From an archaeon (lineage in GTDB: Archaea; Iainarchaeota; Iainarchaeia; Iainarchaeales; JAAZKV01), in assembly GCA_041661245.1 (NCBI GenBank), contig JBAZUY010000001.1, forward strand, positions 678,876 through 742,875: 64,000 nucleotides of DNA, read 5' to 3'. The position numbers were made by a program, and so were the translations under genes. The notes beneath the pieces are model-generated. The model saw only the letters and a list, made by a program, of their open reading frames with translations. It had not been told where the DNA came from and did not search any database. Position 1 is the stretch's first letter, and each line of letters begins with the position of its first letter. This document shows positions 44,598 to 53,593 of the stretch, piece after piece.

Positions 44598-46298
44598 CTA
44601 AAATAATTCTCCTTTGTTTTGTATGCATCCACCGAACATATCTGTGTGTTTTGCCCCTGCGCTAAACATTGGAAGAATATTTGATTCTTCTTTTACTAAA
44701 ATGTCAAGTAATGTTGTCTCATCATTTTTGAAAGCTTCTTTTAGTGCTTTTGATATTTCGCTTTCTCTATCAACTGTAATTCCTTTAAGTCCGTAAGCGT
44801 CAGCAACTTTAGCGAAATTAGGAGTTCTATTTAGAGTAACTCCTGAGTATCTTTTGTTAAAGAAAAGTTCTTGCCACTGTCTAACCATTCCCAAATAGGA
44901 ATTGTTAAAAATAATTGGAATTGTCTTAATATTTTCTTCTTTACAAGTTGCAAGTTCCTGAATAACCATTGCAAAACTTCCGTCCCCATCAATATCAACT
45001 ACTTCGCTTTTTGGTTTAGCTACTTTTGCTCCAATTGCTGCAGGAAAACCATACCCCATTGTTCCTGCTCCGCCACTTGAAATAAAAGTCCTAGGGATAC
45101 TTCGCTTCAAAAAATGTGCAGCATACATTTGGTGTTGCCCAGTTCCTGTTGTAACAATATCGGTATCTTTTAGAGCTTTATTTAATTCAAAAATTATCTT
45201 TCTTGGGTCAATTGGCTTTGATTTAACATCAAACGAACAATCACATTCTCTTCTGAACTTTTTTATCTTTTCGGCCCAAGGAGAATTTGCTTTTTTGGCT
45301 TTAATTTTCATTACGTTTATTAGTTCAGTTAAGATATTTTTTGCATCCCCAACTATTGGAAGATCAGCCCTTACATTCTTTCCAATTTCTGCACTATCAA
45401 TATCAATGTGAATTATTTTTGCTTTCTCTGCAAAAGTTTTTGTGTCTCCAGTAATTCTATCACTAAATCTGCATCCGATTGCGATTAGTAAATCTGCTTC
45501 GCCTACTGCATAATTTGCAACTTTTCTGCCATGCATTCCAAGTACTCCGAGTGCAAGAGGGTGACTCTCATTAAAACAACTTTTAGCCATAAAAGTTGTT
45601 GTTACTGGTAAATTAAATGCTTCAGAAAGACTAGCAAGTTCTGCACTTGCGTTACTCATTATTATTCCTCCGCCTGCAATGATTACTGGACTTTGCGCAG
45701 CTAGAATCATTTCGGCAGCTTTTTTTATTTGTTCAGGATGCCCCTGAAGAACAGGATCAAACCCTGCAATTTTTTCAGTAGGTGCTTGTTTTGTAACTTC
45801 TTTTACTTGAGTATCTTTTGGGATATCAATGAAAACCGGTCCTGGTCTTCCATTTAGTGCAATTGTAAATGCTTTGTTTATTGTTGCATTAATTTGATTT
45901 GGATCCCTGATTTGGAAATTGTGCTTTGTGATGGGCATAGTTATTCCAACCATGTCCGTTTCTTGGAAAGCATCATTTCCTAATAGAGTTGTTGGGACAT
46001 TTCCGGCTAATGCAATTAATGGAACCGAATCCATGTATGCAGTCATAATACCGGTTACAAGGTTTGTTGCTCCTGGTCCGCTAGTTGCTAAACAAACCCC
46101 TGCTCCTCCGCTAACTCTTGCGTAAGCATCTGCTGCATGTGCTGCTGCTTGTTCGTGTCTTACTAACACGTGTCTTAAGTCTTTTTCAAAGTTTAATAGT
46201 TCATCATAAAGAGGAATTACTTGCCCGCCAGGAAAACCAAATACGTGCTTGGTTTTGTTTGCAATTAGTGATCTGATTATGCTTTCAGTTCCCTTCAT
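44598..46298 (-). CDS. ilvB: Acetolactate synthase large (catalytic, ThDP) subunit
   Basis: VFGFPGG, TSGPGATNLVTG, and GTMGYGFPAAIGAK...DGDGSF...NN..LGMV (ThDP motif). Confidence 0.9.
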   Translation of the reverse strand: MKGTESIIRSLIANKTKHVFGFPGGQVIPLYDELLNFEKDLRHVLVRHEQAAAHAADAYARVSGGAGVCLATSGPGATNLVTGIMTAYMDSVPLIALAGNVPTTLLGNDAFQETDMVGITMPITKHNFQIRDPNQINATINKAFTIALNGRPGPVFIDIPKDTQVKEVTKQAPTEKIAGFDPVLQGHPEQIKKAAEMILAAQSPVIIAGGGIIMSNASAELASLSEAFNLPVTTTFMAKSCFNESHPLALGVLGMHGRKVANYAVGEADLLIAIGCRFSDRITGDTKTFAEKAKIIHIDIDSAEIGKNVRADLPIVGDAKNILTELINVMKIKAKKANSPWAEKIKKFRRECDCSFDVKSKPIDPRKIIFELNKALKDTDIVTTGTGQHQMYAAHFLKRSIPRTFISSGGAGTMGYGFPAAIGAKVAKPKSEVVDIDGDGSFAMVIQELATCKEENIKTIPIIFNNSYLGMVRQWQELFFNKRYSGVTLNRTPNFAKVADAYGLKGITVDRESEISKALKEAFKNDETTLLDILVKEESNILPMFSAGAKHTDMFGGCIQNKGELF

Positions 46299-46396
46299 TT
46301 TTCATCCCTTCAAAATCTTCTTTTTTTCCTCTTCTCTTCGTTCCTCTAATTAAAATAATCCAAACCCGCACTCCAAAAAGATTGTTTATGAGCGCG

Positions 46397-46471
46397 TTAT
46401 TCAACGAGCAGCAAGACAGATACCAGTAACAAACCTAGAATAGTACTAATTTTTTGTGTAATCTTGCTCAT
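46397..46471 (-). CDS. Candidate leader mini-ORF (24 codons, Leu/Val/Ile-rich) upstream of ilvB
   Basis: My own translation gives MSKITQKISTILGLLLVSVLLLVE. It lies 98 nt upstream of the ilvB ATG on the same strand, with a TATA-like CTTTTTAAG about 35 nt upstream of its ATG. Confidence 0.3.
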   Translation of the reverse strand: MSKITQKISTILGLLLVSVLLLVE

Positions 46472-46567
46472 CGTATCACTGCAAAATATGTGCAGTTATG
46501 AACTTAAAAAGTTATTCCCTAAAGCCAAACTGACAAAAAAAGGGGGAGTGACTAAAAAACAGGGGTT

Positions 46568-46711
46568 CTACAATACTTCTTTTTTGACTTCCATTGTTCT
46601 GCAATATCCACAATGCGAAACTTTTTCTCGAATTCCAATATATTGCGCACTCATGCGTCCATTATAGAAGACTCTGACGTCCTCACTTCCACAAACTCCA
46701 CATTTAGGCAA
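46568..46711 (-). CDS. Possible unannotated zinc-ribbon mini-protein (47 aa, TTG start)
   Basis: My own translation gives (M)PKCGVCGSEDVRVFYNGRMSAQYIGIREKVSHCGYCRTMEVKKEVL, with two CxxC pairs. There is no in-frame ATG/GTG start, so it could be a remnant. Confidence 0.25.
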   Translation of the reverse strand: MPKCGVCGSEDVRVFYNGRMSAQYIGIREKVSHCGYCRTMEVKKEVL

Positions 46712-46849
46712 AATTGGCTCACTTTGAAAAATGGATTCAACGCCTTTAAGAAGCAGTTAGTTCAAACGTGATTAAATTGAAAATTTTGCTTGAAAATTTT
46801 TTTAAAGGGCAAATTGAATCGCGTTTAGTTATTGGGCGGCAGGATTTCC

Positions 46850-47842
46850 TTATTGTTGAGATTTTTTTGATGTTCTGTTTCTTTTCCATCTTTGTCTTTC
46901 TAATGGTGCTGCACGTAAAAATTCGGCTCGGTCCTGTCTTTTTGCAACTTCCTCATTTACAAATTGGGAGCGTCTTTTTTTTCCAACTTTTCCATATCCT
47001 GCGCGTTGTAAGTCTTTTTTTAGTAATTTAGTGTTGCGACGATAATTCCCAAATTTTTCATTTACAATTAGCTGTACTCTTTTTTCACTGTTTCTTCTAA
47101 GTTTTCTTTTCAGCAACCACTCTTTTACTTTTCTAATACGTTTGTTTTTTGAAGGAGTTCCTGCTAAAAGAAAGTTGCTTCGCGGAGGTGGAGTTTGTTG
47201 GCTAGCTCTTGTTAGGTCTTTGGCCAGTCTTTCAAAAGATTCTGAAAATCCTTTCATTCCCTTTAGAAATGCTTCATCAAATTTCCTTGCGGCAAGCTCT
47301 TCTATAAGTGCCCGGTCTGTGGGTAAAGTCTGATAAGTTCCATCCAAAATCTTTTGTGAATCAAGTCGCATTCGTCCAATTCCAAGAATTCTTGGGCGGT
47401 TTGTTGCGACGATTCCTCCTTTTTTATCAATGAATAAATACTTGTGTTGTTTTACAATCTTGAGCAATTCTTCATTTTCCGCGAGTTCTTGGGTTAATGC
47501 ATTTCCCACAGTTCTTGTTGAAAAATTGATTAAGCGTCTATACCGAGCAGTGCCTATCCCTAGATGCATTAGGGGTATTGCAACCAGCATTGCATCCATG
47601 ACGTTTGGATGAAAATTAAGGGACTTCGCTTTATAATAGTCTGCACCGTGTGCGAGTAGACTTACTGCCCCATAAATTCCCATACTCCCTTTATCGGGTC
47701 GAATAATTCTCGCCCGTTCTTCTCTTAATTTAAGCAAATCCTCAATTGCTTTTTTAGTAACATCGACACGTGGCCCTGTTAAAGAAGTTTTAGCCACAGG
47801 CGGGCGTCTTCTAATTGCTAATGTTGTTGACAGCGATTTCAT
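46850..47842 (-). CDS. Hypothetical protein (~330 aa) with a strongly basic C-terminal third, immediately downstream of leuD
   Basis: Long ORF. I prefer ATG 47842, 4 nt after the leuD stop, over the overlapping 47881 in the track. The C-terminus is KNKRIRKVKEWLLKRKLRRN...GKKRRSQF...RQRWKRNRTSKKSQQ. No motif recognised. Confidence 0.55.
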   Translation of the reverse strand: MKSLSTTLAIRRRPPVAKTSLTGPRVDVTKKAIEDLLKLREERARIIRPDKGSMGIYGAVSLLAHGADYYKAKSLNFHPNVMDAMLVAIPLMHLGIGTARYRRLINFSTRTVGNALTQELAENEELLKIVKQHKYLFIDKKGGIVATNRPRILGIGRMRLDSQKILDGTYQTLPTDRALIEELAARKFDEAFLKGMKGFSESFERLAKDLTRASQQTPPPRSNFLLAGTPSKNKRIRKVKEWLLKRKLRRNSEKRVQLIVNEKFGNYRRNTKLLKKDLQRAGYGKVGKKRRSQFVNEEVAKRQDRAEFLRAAPLERQRWKRNRTSKKSQQ

Positions 47843-47846
47843 ATTT

Positions 47847-48482
47847 TCACTTAAAGTGCAAATAAGGTAGTTTTCCTTCAACTGCTTTGATTCCTTCTTT
47901 GTTTTGTTGTAAAATAGTTAATGCATCCCAAGTTCCGTTTAGGAAAGCTTGTCTTCTTCCTTCAATAATCTCAAGTGCAATTTCTTTTTTTCCGTATTTT
48001 ACTTTTTTATCTTTCAAATCAACAATTACTTGAGTGTTTGGGTTTTGTGTAATAAACTCTATGAGTGCAGTGATTTCTGCTTTTGGAATCATTACTCCAA
48101 CAATTCCTAATGAAGCACAGTTTCCTGCAAATATTTCTGCGAAACTCTCAGCAATAATTGCTCTGATTCCATATCTGTAAAGTGCTTGTGGGGCGTGTTC
48201 TCTACTTGAACCGCAACCATAATTTGCTCCCGCAACTAAAATATTTCCTCCATGGTAAGTTGGATCGTTAAACGGGTGAGTTAAAACTTCTTTTCCATCT
48301 TTATTTCTTTCATCAAAGTAAACATATTTTCCTAAATTTCCAAAAGTAATTTCTTTCATGTATCTTGCTGGAATAATATCATCAGTGTTTTGATCATTAG
48401 CTGGTTTAGGAATTGCTCTTCCTGTAACTTTATCAATTATATTTTCTTTTATTACAAACTCTGCCATATTATTCACCTTCAA
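47847..48482 (-). CDS. leuD: 3-isopropylmalate dehydratase small subunit
   Basis: NTDDIIPARYMK and GANYGCGSSREHAP. The start may be at 48467 (MAEFVIK). Confidence 0.85.
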   Translation of the reverse strand: MKVNNMAEFVIKENIIDKVTGRAIPKPANDQNTDDIIPARYMKEITFGNLGKYVYFDERNKDGKEVLTHPFNDPTYHGGNILVAGANYGCGSSREHAPQALYRYGIRAIIAESFAEIFAGNCASLGIVGVMIPKAEITALIEFITQNPNTQVIVDLKDKKVKYGKKEIALEIIEGRRQAFLNGTWDALTILQQNKEGIKAVEGKLPYLHFK

Positions 48483-48531
48483 TTTTTTACTTTTGTTTTA
48501 TTTCTTTTTTTACACTAAGCGTAATCTCACT

Positions 48532-49941
48532 TTACAAATATTTTCTTGGATCTGCTAATTTTCCTTCTATTGCGCAAGCTGCTGCAGTGTAGGGACTCAT
48601 TAAGTGAGTTCTTCCTGTTGGAGAGCCTTGTCTTCCTTTAAAATTTCTATTTGAAGTAGAAGCACTTCTTTGATTACCAATTAATTTATCTGGATTCATT
48701 GCTAAGCACATTGAGCAACCTGCATTTCTCCATTCGCATCCAGCATCCTTGAATATTTTATCTAAACCAAGTCTTTCTGCTTCTTTTTTTACTGCTAAAG
48801 AGCCAGGGACAACTAAAGTTTTTACTGCAACTTTTTTTCCTTTCAAAATTTTTGCAGCTGCAATAAAATCGCTAAGTCTTCCATTTGTGCAAGAACCAAT
48901 AAAGACAACATTCACTGGGGTTCCAACTAATGGTTTTCCTGCTTCAAGTCCCATGTACTTTAATGCATCAATAACTTCCTCTTGATCCTTGCTTGTGAAT
49001 TTTTCAAGGCTTGGGATACTCTCTGAAACAGTTATTCCTTGTTCAGGATTAACTCCCCAAGTAATCATTGGTTCAAGAGTTGTAGCATCAATTTCAACAA
49101 CACTATCATACTCTGCATCTTTTCCAGAAGCAACAGTTTTCCAATAACTTACAGCTTTATCAAAATCCGCTTTTGGGGCTTTTTCTTTTCCTTTCAAATA
49201 TTTGTAAGTAGTTTCGTCTGGGTTAACATATCCAAGTCTTGCTCCGCCTTCTACTGCTAAATTACAAAGAGTCATTCTTTCTTCCATTGAAAAAGAATCA
49301 ATTACACTTCCGCCAAATTCGTAAGCAAATCCAACTCCGCCTTTGACCGTGAGTTTTCTAATAATGTGAAGAGCAACATCTTTTGCGGTAACGGCTTTTT
49401 GTAATTTTCCATTTACGGTAATTCTTCTAACTTTTAATTTATCCATTGCCATTGTTTCGGTTGCTAATACGTGAGAAACTTGAGTAGTTCCTATTCCAAA
49501 TGCTAGTGCTCCAAATGCACCATAAGTGCAAGTGTGGCTATCTCCGCAAACAACTAATTGTCCCGGCCAAATGATTCCTTGTTCAGGAAAAGTAACGTGA
49601 CATACTCCTTGTAATCCAATTGCTTCTGTGCAAAAATTTAATTTAAATTCTTTAGTATTTTTTTCTAGTTCAGCAGTCATTACTTCTGCTTGATTATCTT
49701 TGTAAGGCCTTGAAACATTATCCGTTGGAATAACGTGATCTACAACTGCAGTAGTTAATTCTGGGTGAGGCACACGAAGTTTTCTATCTCTAACCATTTC
49801 AAAAGCTTGAGGAGAAGTTACTTCATGCATTAAGTGTCTTCCAACAAAAATTTGTGTTTGTCCCGTTGGCAAAACTCCAACAACGTGCTCGTTCCAAACT
49901 TTATCATATAATGTGTTTTTTGACATGCGATTCATCTCCAC
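48532..49941 (-). CDS. leuC: 3-isopropylmalate dehydratase large subunit (aconitase family)
   Basis: HEVTSPQAF, VCGDSHTCTYGAFGALAFGIGT, GSCTNGR and MCLAMN. Confidence 0.9.
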   Translation of the reverse strand: MEMNRMSKNTLYDKVWNEHVVGVLPTGQTQIFVGRHLMHEVTSPQAFEMVRDRKLRVPHPELTTAVVDHVIPTDNVSRPYKDNQAEVMTAELEKNTKEFKLNFCTEAIGLQGVCHVTFPEQGIIWPGQLVVCGDSHTCTYGAFGALAFGIGTTQVSHVLATETMAMDKLKVRRITVNGKLQKAVTAKDVALHIIRKLTVKGGVGFAYEFGGSVIDSFSMEERMTLCNLAVEGGARLGYVNPDETTYKYLKGKEKAPKADFDKAVSYWKTVASGKDAEYDSVVEIDATTLEPMITWGVNPEQGITVSESIPSLEKFTSKDQEEVIDALKYMGLEAGKPLVGTPVNVVFIGSCTNGRLSDFIAAAKILKGKKVAVKTLVVPGSLAVKKEAERLGLDKIFKDAGCEWRNAGCSMCLAMNPDKLIGNQRSASTSNRNFKGRQGSPTGRTHLMSPYTAAACAIEGKLADPRKYL

Positions 49942-49962
49942 AAATTAATTTTTTCTTTAAAT

Positions 49963-51081
49963 TTATTTTTTTCCTTTCAAGAACTTTGTAGCTTTTGCTA
50001 CAAGTTCATCAAGTTTCATTTTACTATAATTTGGATCTCGAATGTTTTCAAGTGCTGCTTCTTTTAATGCATCAGCTGCTTTTTTTTCGCCCATGAGTTC
50101 AAGCATCATTGCGTAAGAAAGGAAAGCTGCTTCTGGTTTTATTTCCTGAACTTTTTCTTTAACAAAAGTTCCTGGAATTAATGCTCCCGTAGCATCCACT
50201 TCATACCATTTATCAGGGGCTGTTCCGTGAATTGGTTCAAACATTGAAGGGAAAGATTTTGTTGGGTTAATGTTTCCACTAACTGCACTACCTATCCCTC
50301 CTTGAATTACTGCTCCTGCGTCAGTTGCAATATCCCCAAACATGTTTTCAGTTACAACAACATCAAACTGTGCTGGGTTTAGTAGCATTTGCATTAAGAA
50401 ATTATCAATGTGCATATATCTTGCTTCAATATCTGTTCTCTTCTTGTACTCGTCAAACACTCTTTGCCAAGGAGAACCTGAATAAATTAACACATTTGTT
50501 TTGAAAACAAAATGAATTATTGGTTTTGCATTTTTTTTTCTTAATTTTCCTCTCTCAACTGCGTACTCTGCTAATCTTTTGATTCCCTTGTAAGTGCACT
50601 TCATTATTTGGTAGCCTGCTTCTTCATCAGTTCCTTTTTTTTCAATCCAACCCGCATCAACGTATAATCCTTCTGAGTTTTCTCTGCAGATTTCAAAATT
50701 AATATCTTTTGAAGTTTTTCCTTTAATTATGGATTCAACTCCTTCTGGGAGAACAACTGGTCTAAGGTTAACGTATTGATCAAATGCTTGTCTAAGTTTT
50801 AGTAAAATTCCTACTTCAAGAACACCTGGTTTAATTTTAACTGGGTCTCCAATTGCTCCTAAATAAATTTGATCAAATTTTTTTAATTCTGAAAGTTCTT
50901 TTTCTCCAAGTTCTTTTAAATTATTTTTCAAAAAGTAATCCGCGTTATAATCAAATCTTGTGTGTTTGATTGGTTTAGTTAAAAGATGATTTAGTGCTTC
51001 ACTAACCTTAAGTGTAGCTTCAGTAACTGTCATTCCATTCAAATCTCCAGGAATAACTGCTATGTTGTGAAAATCGCTCAT
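49963..51081 (-). CDS. leuB: 3-isopropylmalate dehydrogenase family protein (isocitrate/isopropylmalate dehydrogenase fold)
   Basis: IAVIPGD, YVNLRPV and NMFGDIATDAGAVIQGGIG. It sits upstream of leuCD. Substrate specificity was not tested. Confidence 0.75.
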   Translation of the reverse strand: MSDFHNIAVIPGDLNGMTVTEATLKVSEALNHLLTKPIKHTRFDYNADYFLKNNLKELGEKELSELKKFDQIYLGAIGDPVKIKPGVLEVGILLKLRQAFDQYVNLRPVVLPEGVESIIKGKTSKDINFEICRENSEGLYVDAGWIEKKGTDEEAGYQIMKCTYKGIKRLAEYAVERGKLRKKNAKPIIHFVFKTNVLIYSGSPWQRVFDEYKKRTDIEARYMHIDNFLMQMLLNPAQFDVVVTENMFGDIATDAGAVIQGGIGSAVSGNINPTKSFPSMFEPIHGTAPDKWYEVDATGALIPGTFVKEKVQEIKPEAAFLSYAMMLELMGEKKAADALKEAALENIRDPNYSKMKLDELVAKATKFLKGKK

Positions 51082-51120
51082 CTAAATCAACCCCAATAAT
51101 TAATTAGAATCAGCTAAAAT

Positions 51121-51159
51121 CAGTTTTTAAAAGAAATGGGGCAGGGCAGTTTTAAAAGG
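51121..51159. promoter_or_regulatory. Pair of near-identical palindromic TATA-like boxes in the leuB / methyltransferase divergent region
   Basis: CAGTTTTTAAAAG (51121-51133) and CAGTTTTAAAAGG (51147-51159). Each lies 30-45 nt from one of the two divergent start codons. Confidence 0.4.
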
Positions 51160-51190
51160 AAGAAAAGCACTAGGTATATAGTGAAGATTA

Positions 51191-52525
51191 ATGCGACAAC
51201 GAAGTAGAGTGGCTGCGCCCCTAAGAAGGGTTTCAAAGAATTATTCTAACTCTGCACTTAGAAAAAGAGTATTTGACGCTGTTGTTAATGGTAAAGGGCG
51301 CGGGGGTAGAAAAGTTCAACAAGCAGTTAATCCTTATGGAAAATCTCCTTATCCTACAAGAAATATTGGTTCTCCAGTAAAAGTTCCCGCTGAAGTAAGA
51401 GCGCACGGATGGGGGTTATACTCTAAAGTTCGTGGTGCAATTGGAGTAAAATCAATACCTGGCGAATTTATTGAGCAAGCGCTTGATGCAAGATCAAAAA
51501 TAGAATATGAAAAAGAATGGAGTACTACTACAAAAAAGAAAATGAGTGCTGAAGCTAAAAAAGCTGCACAAGTTACTACTCAACTAAGAATGGCAGAATG
51601 GAAAGAAGATATTACAAGAAATATTACAAATGCTAATGCTAAAAATGGGAAAATTGTTGCTAATGATGTTATTAGCCGATTAAGGAAACAAAAAGAAGTA
51701 ATTCTTGCTGATTTGGGTACAGGCGCGGGAATGACAATTGCGCCGGTAATTAGAAATCTTTCAAGAGAACAAAGACAAAGAGTAAAAATATTTTTGGTTG
51801 ATGTTAGTGAAAAAGATTTAAAGAATGCAAAACAAATGCTTGCAGGGATGAATGTTCCTGAAAAAAATATAACTATTTGTGCAACTGATTTTAACAACAT
51901 GCTTCACAACAAAGCAATTCAATCAATTGCTGGAAAAGCGGATGTAATTACAAGCGGTGCTGCACTCCATCATATTTCAAGATCACAAAAAATATTTTCA
52001 CAGGTTGAAAAATTACTTAAGAAAGGAGGATCATTTAAATTTTGGGATTGGAGTCACCCTGCTTGGAGAGCAGAAACTTTGCTTGTTGCTCCAAAAGGCG
52101 CCAAAGTTTCAGCAAATGGTTTGGCTTGTGTTATTGAAGGCAGATTAATTAGAGCCTCACGCGGAGCAGCATTTATTTCTCAAGAAGCTGGAAAGTATCC
52201 AAATCAAAGATCGGAACTTGCGCAAACAAAAGAAATGCTTTCCACTTGGATTAGCTTACTTAATTTTTCACAAGAAGAACGAACCAAATACGAACAATAC
52301 TTTGATTCGCTCATTACTGAAGGAAAGCCAATTAGATTTGCGGATTATTTAAAACGATTAGAATCGGTTGCACCAAGTTCAGTGGCAAAACCCCAAGTAA
52401 TGGAAGCACACAAAACTTATCAAAATTACATGCGAGCACTTAACGGAGTTGGGCTTAAAGCGCAAGTGCCTGTTTTTTCGCCAGACTCAGGGTTACTTGT
52501 CCATTACTCTGCTACAAAGAAATAG
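51191..52525 (+). CDS. Class I SAM-dependent methyltransferase-domain protein with a ~150-aa basic N-terminal extension
   Basis: Motif I VILADLGTGAGMT, then LVDVSEKDL, ADVITSGAALHHI and LLKKGGSFKFWDW. The N-terminus is MRQRSRVAAPLRRVSKN...GKGRGGRK. Confidence 0.6.
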   Translation: MRQRSRVAAPLRRVSKNYSNSALRKRVFDAVVNGKGRGGRKVQQAVNPYGKSPYPTRNIGSPVKVPAEVRAHGWGLYSKVRGAIGVKSIPGEFIEQALDARSKIEYEKEWSTTTKKKMSAEAKKAAQVTTQLRMAEWKEDITRNITNANAKNGKIVANDVISRLRKQKEVILADLGTGAGMTIAPVIRNLSREQRQRVKIFLVDVSEKDLKNAKQMLAGMNVPEKNITICATDFNNMLHNKAIQSIAGKADVITSGAALHHISRSQKIFSQVEKLLKKGGSFKFWDWSHPAWRAETLLVAPKGAKVSANGLACVIEGRLIRASRGAAFISQEAGKYPNQRSELAQTKEMLSTWISLLNFSQEERTKYEQYFDSLITEGKPIRFADYLKRLESVAPSSVAKPQVMEAHKTYQNYMRALNGVGLKAQVPVFSPDSGLLVHYSATKK

Positions 52526-52597
52526 ATTTTTCAATATTTTTAAATCTCTTAAGGGATTAATTGTCTTTAAAAGTCTTCTTTTATCTAATACTATTAG

Positions 52598-53539
52598 GTG
52601 ATGATTGTGGTTGGCACTGGAAAAGGATACGGAAAAACGATTCTATTTGGGGAGCACTTTGTTGTTTACGGACTTGAAGGAATACCTTGTGCCTTAGCTC
52701 AAGCCACCATTGCAGAAGTAAAAAAAGTACCTGGCGATAATGGATATGAGTTAATTGACAATCGCCCAGCAACACCAGGGTATAAAGAAGAAAAGAAAGG
52801 GGAATACTCAGCACTAATTTCAAGAGTAATAGAATACATGCAAGTAAAAGATCGGTTACAAATTACTTTGAGTGGAGATTTATACGGTGCGAGCGGAATG
52901 GGGGCAAGTGCGGCATGCGCAGTGGCTATCGCCAGAGCAATAAATGAGGAATACAAATTAAATTTAACTGATGAGCAAATAAACAAAGTTGCATTTGAGG
53001 GCGAAACTGCTGGATCAGGTGCTCCAAGCGGGATAGATAATACTGCTGCAACGTATGGCGGATTTTTACTATTTAAGAAAAATTTAACCGGCGGAGAAAA
53101 CAAAATTGAAGTAATAAAAATCAAACAACCAATTGAAATTGTTCTTGGAAATTCAGGCAAAACTGCTCTGACAAAAGAGGTTTTAGCAGATGTACGAAAA
53201 CTAAAAGAAACACAACCTGAAAAAGTTGCAAAAGTATTTTCGGAATACGAGAAACTTGAACAAGAAGGAATACAAGCACTAAAGAATTATGATTTGAAAA
53301 AAATCGGAGAACTAATGGACAAAAACCATAAGCTCTTGCAAGAAATGACCATTTCTGGAAAAGAACTTGACGAACTAGTTGCAATTGCAAAAAGTGCAGG
53401 AGCATTAGGTGCAAAATTAACAGGGACTGGGAGAGGCGGAATAATGATAGCACTTACTCCTGGAAAAGAATTGCAAGACAAAGTTGCAAAAGCAATTGAA
53501 CAAGCAGGATATGCTGCAACAAAAACTCAAATTGGTTGA
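52598..53539 (+). CDS. mvk: Mevalonate kinase (GHMP family)
   Basis: GKTILFGEHFVVYG, GASGMGASAACAVAIA and GALGAKLTGTGRGG. Confidence 0.85.
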   Translation: MMIVVGTGKGYGKTILFGEHFVVYGLEGIPCALAQATIAEVKKVPGDNGYELIDNRPATPGYKEEKKGEYSALISRVIEYMQVKDRLQITLSGDLYGASGMGASAACAVAIARAINEEYKLNLTDEQINKVAFEGETAGSGAPSGIDNTAATYGGFLLFKKNLTGGENKIEVIKIKQPIEIVLGNSGKTALTKEVLADVRKLKETQPEKVAKVFSEYEKLEQEGIQALKNYDLKKIGELMDKNHKLLQEMTISGKELDELVAIAKSAGALGAKLTGTGRGGIMIALTPGKELQDKVAKAIEQAGYAATKTQIG

Positions 53540-53593
53540 AGAAGTATTGTGAAGTTAAAGGAAATTAATTAAAATTATTTTTGGAGAAAAAAT

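Noticed and set aside
46464-46667. 67-aa plus-strand ORF in the leuD-ilvB gap.
   Set aside because: It has no motif, an odd composition and no SD or TATA in a sensible position. The opposite strand holds the more plausible leader mini-ORF and zinc-ribbon frame.
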